Shown one piece after another: positions 23,633 to 31,435 of a DNA stretch of 43,575 bases (its first letter is position 1; each line of letters begins with the position of its first letter). The stretch is from a bacterium. Lineage in GTDB: Bacteria; Hydrothermota; Tepidihabitantia; Tepidihabitantales; Tepidihabitantaceae. Position numbers and translations under genes: made by a program. The notes beneath the pieces were generated by a model. That model was given only the letters and a program-made list of their open reading frames with translations, had not been told where the DNA came from and made no database searches. The stretch spans positions 1 through 43,575 of the forward strand of contig JAWOIB010000114.1 of NCBI GenBank assembly GCA_046484845.1, given 5' to 3'.

Positions 23633-25582
23633 TCAGCGCAGGATGGTGACCGGTACCGCGCCGGGCGCGCCGGCGAGGCGCAGGAAGTAACCGCCCGCGG
23701 GCAGGTCCGGCCGCCATTCCCGGGTGCCTTCGAACTCGAGCCGCTCGACGACCCGGCCGAGCGCGTCCGCAACCTCGACCTCGGCAACGCCCTCCTGCCC
23801 GGGCGCGGTCAGCACGAACCGCCGGCCGGCCGGGTGCGGGCGGACGATGAGCGCGGGCCTGTTCGACCCGGACGGGCAAGGTTCCTCGACCCCGGTGGCG
23901 AGCAGGCGGTCCATCGTCGCCATCACCGCCTGCGGGTCGAACTGGTCCGACCAGTAGCGGACGATGCCGTCCCGGTCAATGATGTGGTCCTGCGGGTAGG
24001 GCGCCTCGGGCTGGGGCACGCGCCAGGACTGGTAGACCGCGCTCGTCGGGTCAACCAGCCCGACGTAGCGCATCCCGAAGACATCGCGGAATTCGCTGAG
24101 CTGGTTGATGTTGGCCCCGATGGCGAAGATGGCGACCTCGGCGGTGTCGTAGCGAGGATAGACGGTTCCGTCAATTGCCGCAGACTGCGGCCCGCAGAGC
24201 GGTCACCACGAGGCGCCGAACTGGAGGTAGACGACCTTACCCCGGTAGTCCGAGAGCCGGTGCCAGCGGCTGTCCGTGCCCTGGAGGTTGAAGTCCGGCG
24301 CGGCCGAGCCCGCCTGCGGGAAGCCGGGGTTGTTCTTGTAGACCTCGACGCGGTAGGCCGGGAAGTGCGGGTCGTTCGAGTTGAAGACGATGCCGGCGTT
24401 GACGCGGTCGCTGCCGGCCGCGCCGACGGTGACGAACAGCGAGTCGCCGGCCGACACCGAGAACGACGGCGGCGCAACGGTGATGCCGCCCGGCGCATCC
24501 ACCGAGGTGACCGTCAGCGTCCCGGCCCCGGTGTTGCGCACGACGATGGTGGTCTCGACCGGGCTGGACACCGCGCCGAAATCGAGCGCCTCCGGCTCCA
24601 CGTCAATGTCCGCGCCCGGGTCCGGCCCGACCCGGAAAGTGGACATTCCGCGCCAGTCGCCGATGACGATGAGGTCGCCGCTGATGTCGGCACCGAGCGC
24701 CCAGGTCTTGGTGTTGTCCCAGCCCGCGCGCCTGACCGCAGCCGGGTTCGTGATGTCGAAGAGTTCCAGGTAGCGCCACGAACCGCACACAACCAGGTTG
24801 CCGCTCACGCCGATGCCCCAGGCACAGCCTTCGGTCGCCGCGATGTCGAGCAGGGCCGGCTGGTAGGGGTCGGTAAGGTCCACCGTCGCGAGGCCGCTCG
24901 CACCGAGCGAAAGGACCGCGACGTCGCCCGCCATTATGATGTCGTTGGCAAGGCCGGGCAGGGCAAGGTCCGCGATGCGGCGGGGCGTGCCCGCCAGCGC
25001 GATGACCGCCAGCCCGTGCCGGCCGTTGGCCACGAACAGGAAGGAGTCCCGGGCCTCGACGTTCCAGGCCGCGGCGGTCGGCGCGAGCGAGATGCCGCCA
25101 ACCCGGGTTATCGTCGCCGGGTCGGAGCAGTCTATGAGGTAGATGCCGTTCTGGTGCGCCGCGGCGTAGAGCGTGTCGCCGACCAGCGCGCCGCCTTCGA
25201 GCGCCTCGCGATTGCCGGGCGGGTTATACTGGCCCCGGCCCACGGGCGCACCGACGATACCGTAGCGGACGACGCCGTCCTGCCGGCAGAACGCGAAGAG
25301 GAGGGTATCGCCGTAGACGCGGGTGCGCCAGGCATCCGGGCCTCCGGTCCAGGTCCGAACCGGGACGGCCGGGTCGCTGATATCGTAGACCTCGAGGCCC
25401 TGGCCGAGCCCGTTGGCGATGAAGGCCCGCTCGCCAACCACCTCCGCATCCATCAGGTGGGCGCGGTTGACCTCGTTGTGGCCGACCAGGCGGATGTTGT
25501 CAATCCCGGCCCGCGCCGGGACCGCGGTGAGCATGAGCATGACCGCGGCAAGCGGGAGCGACTGACCGGTGAGTCTTACCAT
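23633..25582 (-). CDS. secreted LVIVD-repeat beta-propeller / Ig-like / thioredoxin-fold (TlpA-ResA/AhpC-TSA-like) protein with a T9SS-type tail; one in-frame TGA (24203..24205) is read as a candidate selenocysteine
   Basis: ORF-track entries 24203..25627 and 23633..24073 share a frame and are separated only by this TGA. Read-through gives ...VVYLQFGASW-U-PLCGPQSAAIDG..., so the TGA occupies the first Cys of the WCxxC motif. The signal peptide is MVRLTGQSLPLAAVMLMLTAVPARAG. The C-terminus reads GGYFLRLAGAPGAVPVTILR. If there is no recoding, this is a split or pseudogenised gene. Confidence 0.6.
24177..24191 (-). other. candidate bacterial SECIS apical hairpin (GCCGC-AGUCU-GCGGC)
   Basis: On the mRNA the sequence reads UGA CCGCUCUGCGG GCCGC AGUCU GCGGC. 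The stem starts 12 nt after the UGA and the loop starts 17 nt after it, with G-U in the loop. From memory, this resembles the E. coli fdhF SECIS apex GCAGGUCUGC. An alternative pairing, CUGCG-GGC-CGCAG, competes with it. Confidence 0.4.
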
Positions 25583-25588
25583 CAGGAG

Positions 25589-25616
25589 ATTGTACCCGAC
25601 CCGGGGAGCCGCACAA
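25589..25616 (-). promoter_or_regulatory. promoter TTGTGC-N16-TACAAT; ATG 25582 lies 6 nt after the -10 box (leaderless geometry)
   Basis: The hexamers are the reverse complements of 25611..25616 and 25589..25594. The -35 hexamer is weak. Confidence 0.45.
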
Positions 25617-25640
25617 ACCCGGGGCAAGCCGGTTTTCTCT

Positions 25641-25668
25641 TGGACAGCCCCGGGCTGGGCGCTATAAT
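25641..25668 (+). promoter_or_regulatory. promoter TGGACA-N16-TATAAT for the mvhD/flx-like operon (23-nt leader)
   Basis: Read directly from the sequence. It is divergent from the promoter at 25589..25616. Confidence 0.55.
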
Positions 25669-25691
25669 CCCTGTCCCTACGGTGACTGCTG

Positions 25692-26153
25692 ATGAGTGAT
25701 ACTCAACCGGTAACGCCCGACTGGCAGCCGCGCATCGTCGCGTTCCTGTGCAACTGGTGTTCCTACGCGGGGGCCGACCTCGCGGGCATCTCGCGCATCC
25801 AGTACCCGCCGAGCATCCGGGTCATCCGGGTGCCCTGCTCGGGGCGGGTTGACCCGTTCTACATCCTGAAGTCGCTGCAACTGGGCGCAGACGGCGTGCT
25901 CGTCTCCGGCTGTCACCCGGGCGACTGCCATTACCTCACCGGCAACTACGTCGCCCGCCGCCGGTTCGCGGTGCTCAACGACCTGCTCGAGTTCTTCGGC
26001 ATCGAGCCGGGCCGGGTGATGTTCTCGTGGGTTTCCGCGGCCGAGGGCGAGCGGTTCGCCGAAGTCGTCCGCGAGGTGACCGAAGCCGTGCGCCGGCTCG
26101 GCCCTTCCAACCGGCTGGCCGCCGGCCGGAGCCCGCTCGAGGCGACCACTTGA
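25692..26153 (+). CDS. MvhD/FlxD-like protein (methyl-viologen-reducing hydrogenase delta-subunit family, [2Fe-2S])
   Basis: The sequence PRIVAFLCNWCSYAGADLAG...IRVIRVPCSGRVDPFYILKSL..GADGVLVSGCHPGDCHY is the MvhD/FlpD signature. Confidence 0.85.
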   Translation: MSDTQPVTPDWQPRIVAFLCNWCSYAGADLAGISRIQYPPSIRVIRVPCSGRVDPFYILKSLQLGADGVLVSGCHPGDCHYLTGNYVARRRFAVLNDLLEFFGIEPGRVMFSWVSAAEGERFAEVVREVTEAVRRLGPSNRLAAGRSPLEATT

Positions 26154-26965
26154 GCGCGATCGAGCAGGTCCGGGCCCGGTGCCGCGAGCGGCTGAAGCGA
26201 GGTGAGACCGATATCGTGCTTGGATACCGCGCCGGCCGTCGGACCGGGACCGCGGTACCCGCGTTTGTCACCACGGCGGGGGATTGCGAGAAGTTGGTGC
26301 TCGACGAGAGCTGTCATCACAACCTTGCCGCCTACCTGCCCGGCCTGCGCCACAAGGGCCGGGTGACGGTCATCGCCACCGGCCCGACTTCGCGTTCGGT
26401 CGTCAACCTGCTGAAGGAAAGCCAGTTCGACCGCGAGAAGCTCTACATCATCGGGGTCAGCGACCCGTTCCCGGAGCCGGCATCGGGGGTCCGGGACGCG
26501 GTACTCTGCGACGAGTTCCCAGGTGAACGGTCCGGTGAGGTCGAGCCTGCCCCGGACCCGGCGCTGCAGGCCTTCGAGGCAAAGAGTTCGGACGAACGCT
26601 GGGAACTGCTGACCGCAGAGTTCGGGCGCTGTATCCGGTGCTACGCCTGCCGGCAGGTCTGCCCGAACTGCTACTGCCCGACCTGTTTCGTGGATGCGAA
26701 CCGTCCCCAGTGGGTCGGCCGGACGCCCGACCTGTCCGACAACCTCCTGTTTCACCTGGTGCGGGCCATGCACATGGTCGGCCGGTGCGTTGAGTGCGGA
26801 GCCTGCGCCCGGGCCTGCCCGAGGGGAATAGACCTGATGCTCGTCAACCGGAAGGTGAGCGCAATCGTGCGCGACCGGTTCGGACATGCCTCCGGGATGA
26901 GCCTGGACGACCAACTGCCGCTGACCGGTTTCAGTCCCGACGACCGCCAGGATTTCATCAGGTGA
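26150..26965 (+). CDS. 4Fe-4S cluster protein, FlxC-like (HydB/AsrA-related Fe-S subunit)
   Basis: Two Cys clusters are present: CIRCYACRQVCPNCYCPTC and CVECGACARACPRGID. The proposed TTG start at 26150 overlaps the mvhD-like stop (TTGA) and is therefore tentative. Confidence 0.65.
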   Translation: MSAIEQVRARCRERLKRGETDIVLGYRAGRRTGTAVPAFVTTAGDCEKLVLDESCHHNLAAYLPGLRHKGRVTVIATGPTSRSVVNLLKESQFDREKLYIIGVSDPFPEPASGVRDAVLCDEFPGERSGEVEPAPDPALQAFEAKSSDERWELLTAEFGRCIRCYACRQVCPNCYCPTCFVDANRPQWVGRTPDLSDNLLFHLVRAMHMVGRCVECGACARACPRGIDLMLVNRKVSAIVRDRFGHASGMSLDDQLPLTGFSPDDRQDFIR

Positions 26966-27972
26966 CCCCCCGGTTGCTGCGGAAGGATGGGCTGGCCGGG
27001 TTCCTGGCCGGGAAGGTCGAAGTCCTGGCGCCGGTGCGGGTCCCGGGAGAGGAGGCGAGCAGGTACGGCCCGGTGAAGAGCGCGCAGGACGTCTGCCTTG
27101 ACTACCTGAATACCAGGTTGCCGGTGAAGGAACTATTCTTCCCCCAGCGCGAGGTGCTGTTCCGGTTCCGGCCCGGCCGGCTGGCCGAGGCGGAGCCGGT
27201 GCCCGAACCGCCGGAGCGGGTGGTGTTCGGTGTCCGGCCCTGCGATGCGGCCGCGCTGGAGTTGTTCGACCGGGTGTTCCTGGACCCGAAGTACGACGAC
27301 CCGGGCTATCGCCGCCGGCGCGAGCAGACCACGCTTGTGGGGCTCGCCTGCGACAAGCCCGGCGAAGCCTGTTTCTGCACCGCGGTGGGAGGGGACCCGC
27401 ACGGTACCGCCGCGCTCGACCTCCTGCTCGAGGATATCGGCGATAGCTGGCTCTGCCGGCCGCTGACCGAGAAGGGCGAGAAACTTGTCGAGGGTCTGAA
27501 AGAGGCGGCGGCGGGCGACGTCGCGGACGCCGACAAGCACGCCGAGGCGGCCCGGGCCGCGCTCCAGTTCGCCCTCGACCGGGCCGGGCTGGAGAACAAG
27601 CTGGCCGGGGCGTTCGAGCATGACGTCTGGGAAGAGCTGGCCCGGCCCTGCGTCAACTGCGGGGTCTGCACCTTTGTCTGCCCGACCTGTCACTGCTTCG
27701 ACGTGACCGACGAGGAGCGTGCCGACCGGGGTGCGCGCATCCGGACCTGGGACTCGTGCCAGTTCGCGCTGTTCACCCGGCACGCGTCCGGACACAACCC
27801 CCGGCCGACCGGCCGCGACCGCCTGCGCAACCGCACCCTGCACAAGTTCCGATTCTTCCCGACCACCCACGGTTCGGTGCTCTGCGTCGGCTGCGGCCGC
27901 TGCATTACCGACTGCCCGGCCGGCATCGATTTGCGCGAAACCCTGGAGACGCTCGACGAGGCGCTGGAATGA
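26962..27972 (+). CDS. 4Fe-4S dicluster protein, FlxB-like (sulfhydrogenase beta HydB / anaerobic sulfite reductase AsrA family)
   Basis: The motifs are CVNCGVCTFVCPTCHCFD...WDSCQF...HKF...CVGCGRCITDCPAGID. The GTG start at 26962 overlaps the previous stop (GTGA). Confidence 0.8.
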   Translation: MTPRLLRKDGLAGFLAGKVEVLAPVRVPGEEASRYGPVKSAQDVCLDYLNTRLPVKELFFPQREVLFRFRPGRLAEAEPVPEPPERVVFGVRPCDAAALELFDRVFLDPKYDDPGYRRRREQTTLVGLACDKPGEACFCTAVGGDPHGTAALDLLLEDIGDSWLCRPLTEKGEKLVEGLKEAAAGDVADADKHAEAARAALQFALDRAGLENKLAGAFEHDVWEELARPCVNCGVCTFVCPTCHCFDVTDEERADRGARIRTWDSCQFALFTRHASGHNPRPTGRDRLRNRTLHKFRFFPTTHGSVLCVGCGRCITDCPAGIDLRETLETLDEALE

Positions 27973-28808
27973 CAGGAAACCCCTACCTGCCCTGGCCGGT
28001 GCGGTTGGAGAAGGTTACCACCGAGAACGACGCGAGGGACCTCAAGACTTTCGAACTGTCGTTTGCGGATCCGTCCGCCCGGGAGCGGTTTCGCTTCGAG
28101 CCCGGCCAGTTCGGGTTCATAAGCCTGTCCGGTGTGGGCGAGGCGCCTTTCGGCATCGCTTCGGCCCCGCACGAGGAGCGGGTCTGGTTCACGGTCAAGA
28201 AAGCCGGGGTATTCACCACCGCGCTCCACGAGCTGTCGGTCGGTGTGGAAATCGGGATGCGCGGGCCCTACGGCAATAACTACCCGCTCGCGGCGTCAAA
28301 GGGCCGAGATATCGTCATCGTGTCCGGCGGGTTCAGTTTTACCACCCTGCGGTCGACAATAGTCCACCTGCTGCGGCCCGAACGTCGCGGCGATTACGGC
28401 CGGATCACGGTGGTCTATGGTGCCCGTAGCCCGGGCGAACTCCTCTACAAGGACGAGCTCCGGGCCTGGGAGGCATCGCCTGACCTGGACCTGACGCTCT
28501 GCGTCGACCGCCGGGCGGGCGAATGGCCCGCGACCGAGGGCCTGGTCCCGAACGTGCTGAAGCAGGTTTCGCCGTCGGCGAAGAACGCGGTCGCGCTCGT
28601 CTGCGGCCCGCCGGTGATGCTTCGGTTCACCCACCCGGTGCTGGAAGCGCTCGGGTTCGGCCCCGACGACATCTACCTGTCACTCGAGAACCGGATGAAA
28701 TGCGGTATCGGCAAGTGCGGGCGGTGCAACATCGGCGAGAAGTACGTCTGCAAGGACGGCCCGGTGTTCAGTCACCGGCAGCTGCTCTCACTGCCGGCCG
28801 ATTTCTGA
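27969..28808 (+). CDS. FAD/NAD(P)H-binding oxidoreductase with a C-terminal [2Fe-2S] site, FlxA-like (HydG / AsrB / PyrK family)
   Basis: The ferredoxin-reductase-type blocks are FEPGQFGFISL, PFGIAS, IVIVSGGFSFTTL and LVCGPPVM. The C-terminal cluster motif is CGIGKCGRCNIGEKYVCKDG. The ATG start overlaps the previous stop (ATGA). Confidence 0.85.
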   Translation: MTGNPYLPWPVRLEKVTTENDARDLKTFELSFADPSARERFRFEPGQFGFISLSGVGEAPFGIASAPHEERVWFTVKKAGVFTTALHELSVGVEIGMRGPYGNNYPLAASKGRDIVIVSGGFSFTTLRSTIVHLLRPERRGDYGRITVVYGARSPGELLYKDELRAWEASPDLDLTLCVDRRAGEWPATEGLVPNVLKQVSPSAKNAVALVCGPPVMLRFTHPVLEALGFGPDDIYLSLENRMKCGIGKCGRCNIGEKYVCKDGPVFSHRQLLSLPADF

Positions 28809-28834
28809 AGGTGGCGAGCGAAAGGCCGGTTCGC

Positions 28835-28862
28835 TTGACAGGCCAAAGACCCGTCCTATAAT
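28835..28862 (+). promoter_or_regulatory. consensus promoter TTGACA-N16-TATAAT; pilT GTG 28869 lies 6 nt after the -10 box (leaderless geometry)
   Basis: Read directly from the sequence. Confidence 0.6.
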
Positions 28863-28868
28863 CCTGCG

Positions 28869-29981
28869 GTGACTGACGAAGAATTCTTCGAGTCATTGCT
28901 GGCCGAGTGCATCAAGGTTAATGCTTCGGACCTGCACATTACTGTCGGTCGTCCACCCACGCTGCGTGTCGACGGTTTCCTGAAGCCGATCGCGGGTTGC
29001 CCGGTGCTGACCCCGGAGATGACCGAGCGGTTCAAGAACATCGCGACCAAGGACGTTAAGCACCTCCGGGCCCAGATCGATAACGGCGGCGGCGGCGACT
29101 TCGCGTTGTCCTTCCGCAACATGGCTCGGTTCCGGGTGGCGGTCTACAAGCAGAAGGGCTACTTCGGTCTTGCGCTCCGGCTCATCCCGCGGAGGATCCT
29201 GAGTTTCGAAGAGCTGTTCGTGTCGCAACACATGATTCCCCGGATCAAGAGCCTGCTCGACCGCCCGCACGGCCTGGTGCTGGTTACCGGCCCGACCGGG
29301 ATGGGCAAGACGACGACCCAGGCAACTTTCGTGGACTACATCCTGGAGAGTCCCCGCCACGTGCTGACCATCGAGGACCCGGTCGAGTTCGTCCACGACC
29401 ACAAGAATGGCCTCATCACCCAGCGCGAAGTCGGCGTTGACGTGTCGTCGTTCCGCGAGGCGATCATGAAGGGTCTGCGCTCGAACCCGAACGTTATTCT
29501 CGTGGCCGAGATTCGAGACCTTGCCACCGCCGAGGCCACGATCTGGGCTGCGGAATCGGGCCACTTGGTCATTGGTACCCTGCACACGACCAACGCCTCG
29601 GAAACCGTGACCCGGTTCATCGACATCTTCCCGCCCGAAATCCGTGACCAGATCAGGATCCAGTTCTCAATCTCTTTGCTGGCGGTTTTCTGCCAGCGGC
29701 TGCTGGTGAAGGCCGGCGGCAAGGGCAGGGTCGGCGTGTACGAGGTGATGGTCGCGACGCCGGCGGTGCGCAACCTGATTCGCGAGCGGAAGGTGGAACA
29801 CCTGCCCTCGGCGATCCAGACCGGCACCTCCGAGGGCAGCATCTCTTTCGATGCCTACATGGCCGATCTCTACCGGGCGGGCAAAGTCACCTACGAGACC
29901 GCCATTGCCTCCTCGATGGACCCGAAGGGTTTCCGCGAGCTCATCGAGTACGGCGCGAGCAAGCCCGGCAAGCACAAGTAG
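28869..29981 (+). CDS. pilT: type IV pilus retraction (twitching motility) ATPase PilT
   Basis: The sequence contains ASDLHITVGRPPTLRVDG, Walker A GPTGMGKTT, the Asp box ITIEDPVEF, Walker B NVILVAEIRD, and the His box GHLVIGTLHT. The N-terminal length fits the GTG 28869 start. Confidence 0.9.
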   Translation: MTDEEFFESLLAECIKVNASDLHITVGRPPTLRVDGFLKPIAGCPVLTPEMTERFKNIATKDVKHLRAQIDNGGGGDFALSFRNMARFRVAVYKQKGYFGLALRLIPRRILSFEELFVSQHMIPRIKSLLDRPHGLVLVTGPTGMGKTTTQATFVDYILESPRHVLTIEDPVEFVHDHKNGLITQREVGVDVSSFREAIMKGLRSNPNVILVAEIRDLATAEATIWAAESGHLVIGTLHTTNASETVTRFIDIFPPEIRDQIRIQFSISLLAVFCQRLLVKAGGKGRVGVYEVMVATPAVRNLIRERKVEHLPSAIQTGTSEGSISFDAYMADLYRAGKVTYETAIASSMDPKGFRELIEYGASKPGKHK

Positions 29982-30084
29982 TCTCCCGCGGGCTGTCAGC
30001 CGCTGGTCGGGGCGGTTTCTGTCGCGCGGACGCATTCCTGCTGGAGAGGACCGGACCGGCTTGTCGTGTGCGGTGCGGGTTGAG

Positions 30085-30912
30085 CTAGCCGGCTTCGTAC
30101 CGCCGGCGGTTGAAGACCATGACCGTCCGGGCCGGGACCGGCTCCCAGTCCATCTCGCCCAGCGATTCGAGCCGTATCGGGGCCAGCACCCGCAGGAGGC
30201 CTCCCCGGCCGAGCCAGAGCGCCGGGTCGTCGCCAGTCGGTTCCCGCCAGGTGCTGACGAGCAGCGTCTTGGTGTTCAGGAGCATGAATCGCTGGTCAGG
30301 TTCGTCAGCCAGTCGTTCGTGCATCGCAGTGAGCGAGCCGAGCGGGTCAGCTTCGTCGTACGAGGTGAGGACGTGCAGCAAGAAGCGCTCAGCCGGATCC
30401 GAGCTGTCGGTGATGCGGCGTCCTATGTCGAGCACCTCGGGGCTCTGGAGCCGGCCGGGAGCGCAGAAAGACTGGGGCCGCGGGGTTTCCTGCCGCAGGA
30501 ACGGCTGAAGGTCGCGTGAGTAGGCCGGCATCTCCGCCCGGTCGGTCAGTCGGATGATTGCCAGATCGGTCTTGATGTCCCGGAGGCGGTCGTAGCTGGC
30601 CTGGGTGCAGTAGTTGTCGCGTGCGGGGCTGGCTTCGGTCGGGGCGACCGCGGCCTCCGCCGCCGCTACGTCCGGGCGGGAGCGGCCGGTTGATCCGGCA
30701 CCGGCCGGACTCCGCGGCACGGCGTCCGGCCCGGGCACCTTCTCTCCCGGCTGGCGGCGTCCGGCCCGAGCTACTTCGAGCAGGGTTCCGTAGCACCAGG
30801 CCACTCCCCAGCCGCCGTAGCGTTCCACCGGTCCGGCGGTGGCGAGTTCGTCGAGAGCGGCAATCAACTGGTCGCTGTAGAATCGTCCGGCCAGCGCCAT
30901 GACTTCGCTCAT
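30085..30912 (-). CDS. class II glutamine amidotransferase-like (YafJ/GATase_4-type Ntn fold) protein with a degenerate active site
   Basis: From memory, several blocks align to YafJ-type proteins. GGWGVAW matches DGWGI, AIIRLTDRAEMPAYSRDLQPF matches AHIR.A..G.....N.HPF, TDSSDPAERFLLHVL matches ETDSE.AF, FMLLNTKTLLVST matches NMLLSDG, and WEPVPARTVMVF is also aligned. The N-terminus is MSEV rather than the catalytic MC. A low-complexity insert spans about aa 55-100. Confidence 0.5.
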   Translation of the reverse strand: MSEVMALAGRFYSDQLIAALDELATAGPVERYGGWGVAWCYGTLLEVARAGRRQPGEKVPGPDAVPRSPAGAGSTGRSRPDVAAAEAAVAPTEASPARDNYCTQASYDRLRDIKTDLAIIRLTDRAEMPAYSRDLQPFLRQETPRPQSFCAPGRLQSPEVLDIGRRITDSSDPAERFLLHVLTSYDEADPLGSLTAMHERLADEPDQRFMLLNTKTLLVSTWREPTGDDPALWLGRGGLLRVLAPIRLESLGEMDWEPVPARTVMVFNRRRYEAG

Positions 30913-30913
30913 G

Positions 30914-31435
30914 CTAGAACTCCAACCGGATCTCTGCCCGACCCGGGCCGGCCGCGAACTCCATCTGGCGGTCGAAACGGTACATCCGGGCCGATACCCA
31001 GGCGTCAGCCATCGAGTAGGCCAGTACCGCGCCGGTGAAATAGAGGAGGGTGTTGCGTCGGTCGCGGAGGGTGAGGTAGCGGGCTTCGTCGCCGGCCCTG
31101 AGGGCGGAACTGGCGGCCTGGTGGTCGCGCACCGAGAGATATGCCAGGGTCAGTTCTGCCGGTGCGATGATCGCGGCTTTCCACCAGTAGCCGGTGTATA
31201 CCTGGCCACCGCCCGGGACGGCCAGCGACAGCAGTACCGCCCTGCCCGGGGACTTGCTGGAGTGCCCGGGTTCACCGACCTCGGTTTCGGGGGAGACAGG
31301 ACCGGGTGGGGGGGATTCGTGCCGGAGGGTGTCCGGCCCGGCCGGGTCCGGCGGAAGCCCGAGTGTCTTGGGTACCGGGTCAGCCTGGGCCGCAACCAGC
31401 CCGGCCGCCAGCAGAATCAGCGCCAGGCATCTCAC
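30914..31435 (-). CDS. secreted or membrane protein with a DUF5683-like C-terminal domain
   Basis: GTG 31435 overlaps the upstream stop (GTGA). The signal peptide is VRCLALILLAAGLVAAQA. The block LLSLAVPGGGQVYTGYWWKAAII resembles the DUF5683 motif (PG.GQ.Y...YWK). The longer N-terminus in the ORF track is Arg/Gly junk. Confidence 0.5.
   Translation of the reverse strand: MRCLALILLAAGLVAAQADPVPKTLGLPPDPAGPDTLRHESPPPGPVSPETEVGEPGHSSKSPGRAVLLSLAVPGGGQVYTGYWWKAAIIAPAELTLAYLSVRDHQAASSALRAGDEARYLTLRDRRNTLLYFTGAVLAYSMADAWVSARMYRFDRQMEFAAGPGRAEIRLEF

Noticed and set aside
21480-25699. Long plus-strand ORFs (21480..23582 and 23612..25699) antisense to the M1 peptidase and LVIVD/Trx genes.
   Set aside because: Their composition is low-complexity Gly/Arg/Val/Asp-rich. 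The opposite strand carries clear catalytic motifs and signal peptides.
28869-29981. Slightly lower GC content (about 60%) in pilT and in the lipoprotein gene 18451..19161, considered as possible horizontally acquired islands.
   Set aside because: The drop is modest, Leu codon usage remains contig-like (CTG/CTC), and there are no flanking repeats, integrase or tRNA. This fits ordinary gene-to-gene variation.
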